Shown piece by piece: positions 29,429-38,861 of a DNA stretch of 64,000 nt. This DNA comes from an uncultured delta proteobacterium (lineage in GTDB: Bacteria > Desulfobacterota > Binatia > Binatales > Binataceae). Both the position numbers and the translations under genes were made by a program. The stretch spans positions 1,312,001 to 1,376,000 of the forward strand of contig CAVRVY010000004.1 in the NCBI GenBank assembly GCA_963724765.1, read 5' to 3'. Position 1 is the stretch's first letter; every line of letters begins with the position of its first letter. The notes beneath the pieces were generated by a model. The model had not been told where the DNA came from. It saw nothing but the letters and a program-made list of their open reading frames with translations, and ran no database searches.

Positions 29429-29809
29429 ATGAAAGATGAAAAAATCGTCCCGCCCGAACAGGTGATGGCTTCGCTGTTCGAGGGGCGCGAGCGCCTGGAT
29501 CAGATGGCGCTGCTCGCGCGGCTCGAACACGGCGGAGCCTCGATCTATCGCGCCTGGGCCAGCGCCGAGCGCAACGTCAAGGCGCGCGACGCGCTGCTGG
29601 CCGCGGCGGAGCGCGAGGAGGCCAACGCCAAGTTGCTGCGCCTGATGAGCACGCCCAAGGGCGAGTGCGAAAAATGCCAGACCCCGCTCGCGCTCGCGGC
29701 CGAAGCCGTATGCTGCGCTTTCCAATGCACCTTCTGTTCCGAATGCGGGGCCGGATACAATCACGTATGCCCGAACTGCGGCGGCGAACTCATGAGCCGA
29801 GCCGCCTGA
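29429..29809 (+). CDS. Fusion of a ferritin-like helical segment and a DUF1272 Cys-rich domain
   Basis: LEHGGASIY...EREEANAKLL then CEKC..CAFQCTFCSEC..CPNCGGEL; RBS AGGAGG (alternative GTG start at 29420). Confidence 0.75.
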   Translation: MKDEKIVPPEQVMASLFEGRERLDQMALLARLEHGGASIYRAWASAERNVKARDALLAAAEREEANAKLLRLMSTPKGECEKCQTPLALAAEAVCCAFQCTFCSECGAGYNHVCPNCGGELMSRAA

Positions 29810-29838
29810 AGCCCCGACCGCCCGCTAGAGGATTTACG

Positions 29839-30704
29839 ATGCAGACAATCGGTGCGGTCAAGGAAATCTGGCGCTTCCCGATCAAATCGATGGCGGGCGA
29901 GTCGCTCGCGCGCGGCGAAGTCGGCGGCCTCGGGATCGTCGGCGATCGCGGCTGGGCGTTGCGTGACGAGAAGGCCGGCGAAATTCGCGGAGCCAAGAAG
30001 ATGCCGCAGTTGATGCAGTGTCACGCCGCCTATGATGAGGAGCCTGCGCCCGGCCGCGTGCCCGCGGCGACTATCACGCTGCCCAACGGCGAACGCGTGC
30101 GCACCGGCGACCGGGACGCCAACCAGAAACTGTCCGCGCGCTGCTCGGCCGGGCGGTGACGCTGTGGCCGCTGCAACCGAAAGAAAACAAGGATTTCTAT
30201 CGCCGCGCCGCTCCCGACAATCCCGACCTGATGACCGAATTGCGCGAGATCTTCGGCCGCGTGGGCGACGAGCCGATACCTGACCTTGGCGTATTTCCGC
30301 CTGAGATCCTGGAGTTCACCTCGCCGCTCGGCACCTACTTCGACGCTTTTCCGCTGCATGTGCTCACTACCGCATCGTTGAAGGAACTCGCGCGGCATAA
30401 TCCGGCGGCCCGCTTCGACGTGCGCCGCTTCCGTCCCAACATCCTGATCGACACTGGCGACACGGTGAATGGATTTGGTGAAGCCGGATGGAGCGGTAAA
30501 ACGCTGACCATCGGCGACGTGCGAATAAAGTTGGAGATGCCGTGTCCGCGATGCGTGATGCCGACGCTTAAGCAGAACGACCTGCCGCACGACCCCTCGG
30601 TGCTGCGCACCGTCGTGCGCGAGGCGGCGCAGAATCTCGGGATGTACGCGACGGTCGCGCACACGGGCAAAATTTCGGTCGGCGACCCGGTCTTGCTGGA
30701 ATAG
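29839..30704 (+). pseudogene. MOSC domain protein, frameshifted near 30139
   Basis: N-part WRFPIKSM.GE..GDRGWA in one frame; C-part RRFRPN, PCPRCVM, G.YATV in another; extra CG in TCCGCGCGCTGCTC. Confidence 0.85.
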
Positions 30705-30770
30705 GCCGAATCGCTGGGTGAGCGTGGCGGCGGTTTCTCCCTATCGCTCTTTGGGATTGGATTTACGGCT

Positions 30771-31718
30771 CTACGGGGCGGCTCCGGCTGCTTCGTGAGG
30801 AATCTCGTTCATGTCGGCGATCTGTCGCCGAAGCTTGGTGATCAGCTCCTCCTGCGCCTGAATCAGATTTCGAACTTCGAAGACGCTCGGGGTCTGCGCG
30901 CCGGCGTCCTTGTTCGGAACTACGACTAACTCGTGCGGCTGCTCGAATTCAGCGCTCTTGCGCATCGAGTCGCAGTCGGCGGCCGAAAGATCCGCCGCTT
31001 CGCATCGTTGGCCAATCATCTTATCCAGCTCCTTTCGCAGGCGCTTGATCTCCGCCTGTTGTAACTGGGCCTGATCGGCGAGCGACTCCTCATTCACCTG
31101 CGTCTGACCGGGCAGCGTGGACTCCATCGCGCGGCGGAGGTTCTCCCTTATGTTTTTTGTTGGATCCTCGCCAGCGCTGCCTTCTGCGTCGGCGGCCGTG
31201 TTGGTCGTGCCGGCCGGTCCGTTGTAACCGGGGCCGGTGGTGGCCCCGCGGAACATGCCGCGCGATTTGGAGCCGGTCGCGAAATTGATCAACGCAGCGG
31301 TTATCTTGTCCGGCAATTTACAGTCGAGCTTGCTCGGCGGCTCGAGTTTCACCGCCTCACCGCTGACGAGGACCTCGCTGCCGATGTTGTGGTCATCCGT
31401 ATGCACGTTGATAATCGCGTCGACCTGGTTCGGGTATTTTTCGCCCGCAACTTTTCTGAGATCGTCCGCCATGCCGAGGTGTTCAGGGTCTGTGGCCGCC
31501 TCGGCGAAAGGCTCCACGTAGCCGACTTTTCCAACCTCCTGGTAGCACGCGGTGTCAAGCGTATCCTCCGTGACATAGATATGCTCGGGGGGGCGCGACA
31601 CGCTCTGGGCCGTCGGCGCGCGAGCGGCCTCAGGCGGCTTTGCGGTCGCACAGGCCGAAAGCAAAACAGCCGTTATCGAGATCGAACCTAGATAGGCAGC
31701 AACGCGTATCGTACTCAT
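30771..31718 (-). CDS. Hypothetical lipoprotein with C-terminal coiled coils
   Basis: Lipobox LLSAC, 315-aa open frame, heptad-like C-terminal segments. Confidence 0.75.
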   Translation of the reverse strand: MSTIRVAAYLGSISITAVLLSACATAKPPEAARAPTAQSVSRPPEHIYVTEDTLDTACYQEVGKVGYVEPFAEAATDPEHLGMADDLRKVAGEKYPNQVDAIINVHTDDHNIGSEVLVSGEAVKLEPPSKLDCKLPDKITAALINFATGSKSRGMFRGATTGPGYNGPAGTTNTAADAEGSAGEDPTKNIRENLRRAMESTLPGQTQVNEESLADQAQLQQAEIKRLRKELDKMIGQRCEAADLSAADCDSMRKSAEFEQPHELVVVPNKDAGAQTPSVFEVRNLIQAQEELITKLRRQIADMNEIPHEAAGAAP

Positions 31719-31956
31719 CGGAGCCGCTCACCCGAGTCGGCGCTTTCGACCACGGGCTTGTTCGACAATATCATTTTTACCGCTTTGTGCTTTTCCACAG
31801 ACGAAAGTCCGCGCGGTTGGTTACAGCGAAAGTGCCGCGGCTTGCGCTGCCGTGCGGGCTTGAACGGATGCCGGTCGGCGGGCTAGTACAACTTGGCGGC
31901 AAAAGGCTTGCGGTACTATGGCCGATGACCGCGGTTGCTCGAAGGAGTACTTGACC

Positions 31957-32598
31957 ATGCTAACGCTCTTTTATGCTCCGGGGGCCTGCTCGATGGCATC
32001 GCACATCGGCCTCGAAGAGACCGGCGCGCCGTACGAAACCAAAATGGTCTCGTTCGCCAACGCCGAGCAACGCACCGAGGCCTATCTCAAAATCAACCCG
32101 CGCGGCAAGGTGCCGGCGCTAAGCGTCGATGGGGCGATACTGGTCGAGAACACCGCCATCCTGACCTACCTGGCGAAGAAATACCCCAGCGCGAGGCTGC
32201 TGCCCGCCGATCCGTTGGTCGAGGCGCGATGCATCGCGACCATGGCCTGGTTCTCCAATACCGTGCATCCGTCCTTCACCCATATTAACCGGCCCGAGCG
32301 TTTCGCCGACGACCCCGCGGTGCATGCGAACCTCAAGGAGACCGGACGCAAGAATTTCTGGGCCAACCTTCAGGAAATCGAGGCGATGCTGAAGGGAAAG
32401 GACTGGATCATGGGTGCGCAGTACACGGTCTGCGATGCTTACGCGCTGGTCTTCTATGGCTGGGGCATGCGGATCAACCTGCCGATGAATGAACTCGCCG
32501 CTTACACGGCATTCAAGGACCGGATGCTGCTCCGGCCGGCCGTGCGCAAAATCCTGGAGCGCGAAAAGAGCATCCTGCTGGCCGCTGCTGCCGCGTAA
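31957..32598 (+). CDS. Glutathione S-transferase family protein (beta class-like)
   Basis: YAPGACSMASHI.LEE, INPRGKVPAL, ENTAIL, YTVCD. Confidence 0.93.
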   Translation: MLTLFYAPGACSMASHIGLEETGAPYETKMVSFANAEQRTEAYLKINPRGKVPALSVDGAILVENTAILTYLAKKYPSARLLPADPLVEARCIATMAWFSNTVHPSFTHINRPERFADDPAVHANLKETGRKNFWANLQEIEAMLKGKDWIMGAQYTVCDAYALVFYGWGMRINLPMNELAAYTAFKDRMLLRPAVRKILEREKSILLAAAAA

Positions 32599-32634
32599 TT
32601 TCCGCTTCAGAATCCGGCAGGTCGGCGGGCCGCT

Positions 32635-33018
32635 CTACGAGCGCTTGCGCGCGATCGCGTCGATTTCAATCCGCGCACCACGCGGGAGCGCCGCCACCTG
32701 CACTGTCGCCCGTGCCGGGTAGGGCGCGTTCAGATGCTCGCCATAGATTCGGTTGACAACGTCGAACTCGCCGAGGTCGATCAGGTAAATCGTGGTCTTC
32801 ACGATATCGCTGAAATGAAGACCCACCGCGCCCAGCACCTCGCGCAGGTTCTCCATCACGCGGCGCGTCTCGTGCTCGACTCCGCCCTCCACCAGCCGGC
32901 CGCCGGCCGGGTCGATCCCGATCTGCCCCGAGCAGAAGACCCAATCCCCGTCTCCGATCGCCTGCGAATAGGGACCAATCGCGGCCGGCGCCGCGGGCGT
33001 CGAAATCTGATGTTTCAT
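32635..33018 (-). CDS. ridA: RidA family reactive intermediate deaminase
   Basis: APAAIGPYSQA, SGQI, YPARATVQVAALPRGARIEI. Confidence 0.93.
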   Translation of the reverse strand: MKHQISTPAAPAAIGPYSQAIGDGDWVFCSGQIGIDPAGGRLVEGGVEHETRRVMENLREVLGAVGLHFSDIVKTTIYLIDLGEFDVVNRIYGEHLNAPYPARATVQVAALPRGARIEIDAIARKRS

Positions 33019-33050
33019 CGATGGCTCCGGATGAAGAATCTTTGCGGCGC

Positions 33051-35279
33051 CTAGACGCGATGACCGTTGCTGTTGCCCATCCCGACCCGCGCAACGCGCA
33101 TCACGCCGTCGATCGCGGCGATCTGATGGATAAGTCCGTTGAGCTGGCGCGCGCTGCCGACACTCAACTCGAACACCGATAGCGCCCGCCCGTCGTTGCC
33201 AGTGCCTTTGACCTCGGCGGTCGAGATGTTGACCCCGGCCGAGGCGATGGTCTTGGACATCGCGGCCAGCAGCCCCGGCTGGTCGATGCTCAGCACCTCG
33301 AGCCGGATCGGCCGCGGGGTGTCCTCGCCGTCCTTCCATACCACCGGCACGCGGCGCTGCGGATCACTCACCATCGCGTGCGGACATCCCTTCAGATGCA
33401 CCGTGACGCCACGCCCGCGCGTGATGAAGCCAATTATCTCCTCACCGGGCAGCGGGCTGCAGCATCGCGCAAAGCGCACCAGCATGTCGCCCACGCCCGA
33501 GACGATCACAGCGTTGCCGCTCGGCGCTCGGCGCGTCTCGCGCGCCGGCCGGCCGCTGTCCGAGGACGCCGGGGGCGCCGGCGCCTTCTCGGCGCGGTAG
33601 AGTTTGAGTTCGTCGGGGGTCAGCAGCTTGGCCAGCAACTGAGCCGCGGTGATGATGCCGTAGCCGACCGCGGCCAGCAGGCTATCGACATCGCGGTAGG
33701 AAAACTCCTTCAGCACCGGCTCGAAGCGCTTGCCGGGGCGCAGTTGCACGACCGTGAGCCCAAGCGGCTCCAGTTCGCGGTCGATTAGCGTGATGCCCCA
33801 CTTGATCGAGCGCTCGGCCTGCTGCGCGCGCAGCCACTGGCGGATGCGGCTCTTGGCGCGCGCGGTGACCGCGAAGCTCATCCAGTCCTTGCCCGGGCTC
33901 TGCCGCTCCGAGGTGACGACTTCGATCGTGTCACCGGACTTCATCCGGTAGCGCAGCGGCACCATCCTGCCGTTGGCGCGCGCGGCGCTCAGATGCTGCC
34001 CGACCTGGGAATGGATGCGGTAGGCGAAATCGATAACCGTCGCACCCTGCGGAAAGTCGAGTACGTCGCCCTTGGGCGTAAAAACGAAAACCTCTTCGGA
34101 AAAGAGATCATCCTTGACGGTGGAGAGGAATTCCTGCGGATCCTTGAGGTTCTGCTGCCACTCGATGAGCCGGCGCAGCCAGGCGAAGCGCTCGGTGTCG
34201 CGCAATTCGCTGGTGCCGCCTTCCTTGTAGCTCCAGTGCGCGGCGATTCCTTCCTCGGCCACCTTGTGCATCTCGGCGGTCCGGATCTGCACCTCCATCC
34301 GCTGCCCCTGCGGGCCAATCACCGTGGTATGCAGCGACTGGTACATGTTGACCTTGGGCAGCGCGATGTAATCCTTGAAGCGGCCGGGAATCGGCTTCCA
34401 ACTGGCGTGGGCCACGCCCAGCGCCTCGTAACACTCGCGCAGCGTCGCGACGATGATGCGGAAGGCGACCAGGTCATACACCTGGTCGAAGTGCAGCCCC
34501 TCCTCCTGCATCTTACGATGGATCGAATAGATGTTCTTGGGCCGCCCGGTGACCTCGGCCTTGACCCCGGCCTCCTCCAGGCGCTGCGCGATGATCCCGA
34601 TTACCGCGCGGATGTACTCCTCGCTCTCAGCCATCGTGCGCGCGACGTGGGCCTTGAGCGTGGCGTAGGCGGTCGGATTTAGGTAGCGGAAGGCCGCGTC
34701 CTCGAGCTCCGACTTGAGCCAGTAGATGCCGAGCCGATGCGCGATCGGGGCGTAGATTTCCAGCGTCTCGCGCGCGATCTCCTCCTGGCGGTCGCGCGCC
34801 AGGTGCGAGAGCGTGCGCATGTTGTGCAGGCGGTCGGCGAGCTTGATGAGCACGACCCGGATGTCGTGCGCCATCGCGATAACCATCTTGCGGAAGTTCT
34901 CGGCCTGCTTCTCGGCGCGGCTGGAAAAAGTGATCTTGGAGACCTTGGTGACGCCGTCGACCAAGGTGGCGACTTCGCTGCCGAAGAGATCGCGCACCTC
35001 ATCGATCGAGGCCATCGTGTCCTCGACCACGTCGTGCAGGAGGCCGGTGATGATCGAGGGCAGGTCGAGCTTGAGCTGCGCGATGATTAGGGCGACGTTC
35101 AGCGGATGGATGACGTAGGGCTCGCCCGACTCGCGCTTCTGCTCGGCGTGCATCCGCGCCGAGTATTCATAGGCGCGGCGGATTAGTTGGATGTCAGCCT
35201 GCGGATTGTACGCCTGAACCCGGGGCAGGAGTTGTTCGAGCTCCGCAGGCTCGCTGGCGGCGACGGCTAGTTCTTCCAC
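33051..35279 (-). CDS. relA: Bifunctional (p)ppGpp synthetase/hydrolase
   Basis: HD motif LLHDVVED, KLADRLHNMRT, RFKDYI, YQSLHT, TGS (FTPKG, DFAY), ACT C-terminus. Confidence 0.95.
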   Translation of the reverse strand: MEELAVAASEPAELEQLLPRVQAYNPQADIQLIRRAYEYSARMHAEQKRESGEPYVIHPLNVALIIAQLKLDLPSIITGLLHDVVEDTMASIDEVRDLFGSEVATLVDGVTKVSKITFSSRAEKQAENFRKMVIAMAHDIRVVLIKLADRLHNMRTLSHLARDRQEEIARETLEIYAPIAHRLGIYWLKSELEDAAFRYLNPTAYATLKAHVARTMAESEEYIRAVIGIIAQRLEEAGVKAEVTGRPKNIYSIHRKMQEEGLHFDQVYDLVAFRIIVATLRECYEALGVAHASWKPIPGRFKDYIALPKVNMYQSLHTTVIGPQGQRMEVQIRTAEMHKVAEEGIAAHWSYKEGGTSELRDTERFAWLRRLIEWQQNLKDPQEFLSTVKDDLFSEEVFVFTPKGDVLDFPQGATVIDFAYRIHSQVGQHLSAARANGRMVPLRYRMKSGDTIEVVTSERQSPGKDWMSFAVTARAKSRIRQWLRAQQAERSIKWGITLIDRELEPLGLTVVQLRPGKRFEPVLKEFSYRDVDSLLAAVGYGIITAAQLLAKLLTPDELKLYRAEKAPAPPASSDSGRPARETRRAPSGNAVIVSGVGDMLVRFARCCSPLPGEEIIGFITRGRGVTVHLKGCPHAMVSDPQRRVPVVWKDGEDTPRPIRLEVLSIDQPGLLAAMSKTIASAGVNISTAEVKGTGNDGRALSVFELSVGSARQLNGLIHQIAAIDGVMRVARVGMGNSNGHRV

Positions 35280-35890
35280 GCTGCGAAATCCTCGCGCAGC
35301 CGTGCCACTCTCAGCCGCTCCGCCTCCACCACGGCCTTCAGACGAATCAGTGAATCTTCGAGGTCGGCGTTGATTATGAGGTAGTCGTACTCGGGATAGG
35401 CTTGCGCTTCCTCGCGCGCGCGCCGTAGCCGCTCGGCGATCGCGGCCTCATTTTCGGTGGCGCGCTTGCGCAGGCGCCCCTCGAGTTCGGCGAAGCTCGG
35501 CGGGAGGACGAAAATCGTGACCGCGTCGCGCGGGTACTTGGCCTTTATCTGGCTCGCGCCCTGGATATCGATGTCGAGCAGGATGTCGTGTCCCGCAGCG
35601 ATTGCACGGTCCAGCGCAGCGCGAGGCGTGCCGTAAGAAGCCTCAAAGACCCGGGCCCACTCCGCCAGTTCGTCAGCATCGCGCCGCCGGATGAATTCCT
35701 CCTCGTTCACGAAAAAGTAGTCGAATCCTTCGACCTCGCCGTTGCGAGGCCTTCGTGTGGTCAGCGACACGGACGCTTCCAGGCCGCCAATCGCCTTGAG
35801 CGCCGCGCGAGAGATAGTGGTCTTGCCGGCCCCCGACGGGGCCGAGAGAATGAAGATTATCCCGCGGCGAGGCGCCCCCGTATGCTCCAT
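35267..35890 (-). CDS. gmk: Guanylate kinase
   Basis: SAPSGAGKTT, TTRRPR.GE, YGT, LDIDIQGA, LPPS. Confidence 0.96.
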   Translation of the reverse strand: MEHTGAPRRGIIFILSAPSGAGKTTISRAALKAIGGLEASVSLTTRRPRNGEVEGFDYFFVNEEEFIRRRDADELAEWARVFEASYGTPRAALDRAIAAGHDILLDIDIQGASQIKAKYPRDAVTIFVLPPSFAELEGRLRKRATENEAAIAERLRRAREEAQAYPEYDYLIINADLEDSLIRLKAVVEAERLRVARLREDFAAWKN

Positions 35891-35943
35891 AACCAAGCCT
35901 ATAAAAGCCGCAAGCCCTTTGCAATCAAGGTGTTTTTCGCGCT

Positions 35944-36819
35944 CTACTCGACGTTCTGCACCTGCTCGCGCATCTTTTCGACTTCGCCCTTGAGCCCCAC
36001 GATTATCCGCGAGAGCGCCGCGCTCTGCGACTTCGCCCCCATCGTGTTGATCTCGCGGTTAACCTCCTGCAGCAGAAACTCGATCTGCTTGCCCACCGTC
36101 CCCTCGCTTTCCACCAACTCGCGCAGGCCGTGCAGATGGGTCCGCAGGCGGGTCACTTCCTCGGTGATATCGGCGCGCTGTGCGGCGTCAGAGGCCTCCT
36201 CGTAAAGCCGCTTCTCATTGACCGCCAGGTCGGCAATAAGATCGCGCAGCCGTGTCTGAAAGTTCCCCACAATTTCGCTGCGTGACGCCTCCGCCAGCCG
36301 TTCGATCTTAGGCACCGCCTCGGTAATGGTTTTGATTCGAGCGAGAAAGTCGGCGCGCAGCGCTTTGCCCTCGCGCTTGCGATCGGTCTCGAGTGCCTTG
36401 AGTGCGCGCGCGATTGCGGCAAACGCCAACTGCACGCCCGGGCGAGAATCGGTCTCCTCTTCACTGACCTGGAAAATCTCAGGACGATGCAGCAGGACCT
36501 CGATCCCAGCCTTGCCGGAAAGACCGAGGCTGCGCCCGAGCCGCCCAAGCTCCTTGACGTACAGCGCTGCAAGGCGGTCGTTGACGCGCAGCGTCGTGGG
36601 CGGCGGGCCAAGCGGTGTGCATCGGACAAAAAGCTCGACCCGGCCGCGCGCGATAACACCCTGGACCAGTTTGCGGATTTCGGCCTCGTGCTCGCCCCAG
36701 CTGCGCGGCAGATTGAGTTTGAGCTCGAAAAAGCGCTGATTGAGCGTGCGCACCTCCGCCGCGACACGCACCTTTCCGCGTTCGATCTCCGCCCGTCCAA
36801 AGCCGGTCATGCTGCGCAT
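35944..36819 (-). CDS. yicC: YicC/YloC family endoribonuclease
   Basis: MRSMTGFG, DITEEVTRL, QEVNREINTMGAK, EKMREQVQNVE. Confidence 0.94.
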   Translation of the reverse strand: MRSMTGFGRAEIERGKVRVAAEVRTLNQRFFELKLNLPRSWGEHEAEIRKLVQGVIARGRVELFVRCTPLGPPPTTLRVNDRLAALYVKELGRLGRSLGLSGKAGIEVLLHRPEIFQVSEEETDSRPGVQLAFAAIARALKALETDRKREGKALRADFLARIKTITEAVPKIERLAEASRSEIVGNFQTRLRDLIADLAVNEKRLYEEASDAAQRADITEEVTRLRTHLHGLRELVESEGTVGKQIEFLLQEVNREINTMGAKSQSAALSRIIVGLKGEVEKMREQVQNVE

Positions 36820-36845
36820 TTAGCTGATCATCCTTTACGGCTCCC

Positions 36846-36950
36846 GCCTATCCCTCTATGGCTTTCGCTTATCCCCTCGCGGCTTTCGCCTATCCCCTCG
36901 CGGCTTTCGCCTATCCCCTCGCGGCCTTCGCCGACGCCTTCGCGGCTTTT
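36846..36950. repeat. 21-bp degenerate tandem repeat, about 5 copies
   Basis: Consensus GCCTATCCCCTCGCGGCTTTC at 36846, 36867, 36888, 36909, 36930. Confidence 0.9.
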
Positions 36951-38131
36951 GCCGATGCCCCAGTCTGAAGGCAAGCCCGGTAAAGCTCAACCGTCCGGCG
37001 AGCCATAGAAGCCATCGAGAAATGCTCCACTGCACGAGCCCGCGCCGCCGCACCCATCGCGATCCGCGCCGGCGCGTCGGCACTCAAATCCCCCAATGCG
37101 CCGGCCAGCGCATGCGCATCCCCCGGCGCGACCAGCCTCCCGGTGCGCCCCTCGTCCACGGCGTCGACGATCCCGCCGACGCGCGAGGCCACGGCGGGAA
37201 GCCCACAGGCCATCGCCTCGAGCAACGCGACGCCGAGCCCTTCGCTTAGCGACGGCATCGCGAAAATGTCGAGCGCCCATAGAACCGCGCGCGGGTCGTC
37301 GATGCGGCCGACTAACCGGACGGCGCGAACGGGGCGAACCGCATCGCCCACCCGCAGGCGCCGAATCTCCGCCGCAAGCGGGTCGCGCAGCGACCCGTCG
37401 CCGCCGATGATCGCGACAACGCCCCCGCAGGAAGCGGGGGCGTTGCGCCCGAGCAGGGCCATCGCTTCCACCAGGTAGCGATGGCCCTTGCGCGGCTCGA
37501 GCGCGCCGACCGCGCCGACAGCGAGGTCGGCGTCGCCGAGGCCCAGCGCGGCGCGCGATTGCGCGCGTTCGTCCGCCGTCGGCGGACGAAAATGCGCGCA
37601 GTCGACGCCGCTGGGAATTACCGTGATGCGCTCGCGCGCGACTCCGGCGCGCGCGAGCGCGTCGGCGACCGCGGCTGAAATCGCCGCGACGCCGTCGACC
37701 GCGCGGCCATAAAGCCACGGCGCGAACAGCCGGTTGGGCACGTAATCCATCCGGCGCGTCACCACTGCCGCGCGCACGAGGCCGCGCACCCACGGAGCCA
37801 TCGCATGCGCCCGCGAGGTGTGGAAATGCACCACATCATAGAGCCCATCGCGGAGCGTGCGTCTCAATGCTGCGGCGGCCACGAGGTCGAGCGCGTTGCG
37901 GATGGGCAAAGGACAGCAGACGACGCCGGCCGCCTCTGCACGCCGCCACAGTTCACCCGCCGGATCGCACAGCAGCTCTGCGCGATGGCCCATCGCGCGG
38001 AGCTCCAGCGTAAGTCCAAGTACCTGGGTCTCGCCGCCGGCGAAATTGCGCTCGGGATCGACCCCGGCGATGCTGAGCGGCGCCGCCGCCGCAGGTGTAG
38101 TGGCCGCCTCGGCCGGACGCGAACATTCCAT
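36911..38131 (-). CDS. Glycosyltransferase family 4
   Basis: GGETQV, VIPSGVD, KGH, PSLSEGLGVALLEAMACG. Confidence 0.92.
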   Translation of the reverse strand: MECSRPAEAATTPAAAAPLSIAGVDPERNFAGGETQVLGLTLELRAMGHRAELLCDPAGELWRRAEAAGVVCCPLPIRNALDLVAAAALRRTLRDGLYDVVHFHTSRAHAMAPWVRGLVRAAVVTRRMDYVPNRLFAPWLYGRAVDGVAAISAAVADALARAGVARERITVIPSGVDCAHFRPPTADERAQSRAALGLGDADLAVGAVGALEPRKGHRYLVEAMALLGRNAPASCGGVVAIIGGDGSLRDPLAAEIRRLRVGDAVRPVRAVRLVGRIDDPRAVLWALDIFAMPSLSEGLGVALLEAMACGLPAVASRVGGIVDAVDEGRTGRLVAPGDAHALAGALGDLSADAPARIAMGAAARARAVEHFSMASMARRTVELYRACLQTGASAKAAKASAKAARG

Positions 38132-38134
38132 CGC

Positions 38135-38827
38135 TCAGTCGGCGAACCGGTAGTAAAGGATCGCCCCGATCGCGGCGATCGCATCGCGCCAGCCGATCTT
38201 CTTGCCCTCTGCGTAGGTGCGGCCCGAGTACGAGATCGGCACCTCATAGATGCGCCATCTGGCGCGCGCCGCCTTGGCGGTTATCTCGGGTTCGAAGGTG
38301 AAACGGTCGGCGCTGAGCTTGAGCATAATCAGCTTGTCGCGCCTGAACGCCTTCATCCCGGTCTCCATGTCAGTCAGGTTGAGGTTGCACAGAACGTCGG
38401 AAACCAGCGTCAGGAAGCGATTGCCAACATAGTGCCAGAAGAACAGCACGCGATGAGGTCCGCCGAGAAAGCGCGAGCCGTAAACCATGTCCGCGCGGCC
38501 GTCGATGAGCGCCTCGAGCAGATGCCGGTAGTCGCGCGGATCGTACTCGAGGTCGGCGTCCTGGACCACAACGTACTGGTTGCGCGCCGCCGCGAAACCC
38601 GTGCGCAACGCCGCGCCTTTACCGCGATTGACCGCGTGATAGAAGCAATGGACCTGCGGATGCTCGAGCGAGCGCAAGTATTTAGGGGTGTCGTCGGTTG
38701 AAGCGTCGTCGACCACGATGACCTCGGTCTCGAAGCCGCATTCCAGCACGCGCTTGATGACCTCGCCGATTGTGCCGGCTTCGTTGTAGACCGGGATCAC
38801 AACGGAAATCTTTACCGCATCGTCCAT
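38135..38827 (-). CDS. Glycosyltransferase family 2 (polyprenol-phosphate glycosyltransferase-like)
   Basis: VIPVYNE, VDDAS.D, GKGAAL, QDADLEYDP, YGSRF, TDMETG. Confidence 0.92.
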   Translation of the reverse strand: MDDAVKISVVIPVYNEAGTIGEVIKRVLECGFETEVIVVDDASTDDTPKYLRSLEHPQVHCFYHAVNRGKGAALRTGFAAARNQYVVVQDADLEYDPRDYRHLLEALIDGRADMVYGSRFLGGPHRVLFFWHYVGNRFLTLVSDVLCNLNLTDMETGMKAFRRDKLIMLKLSADRFTFEPEITAKAARARWRIYEVPISYSGRTYAEGKKIGWRDAIAAIGAILYYRFAD

Positions 38828-38861
38828 CGCTCTTCCCCCACTCTTCCTCCCGCCTTGGCTC

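Noticed and set aside
36846-36950. 21-bp repeats as a CRISPR array
   Set aside because: Units are contiguous with no unique spacers, overlap a gene end, and no cas genes are present
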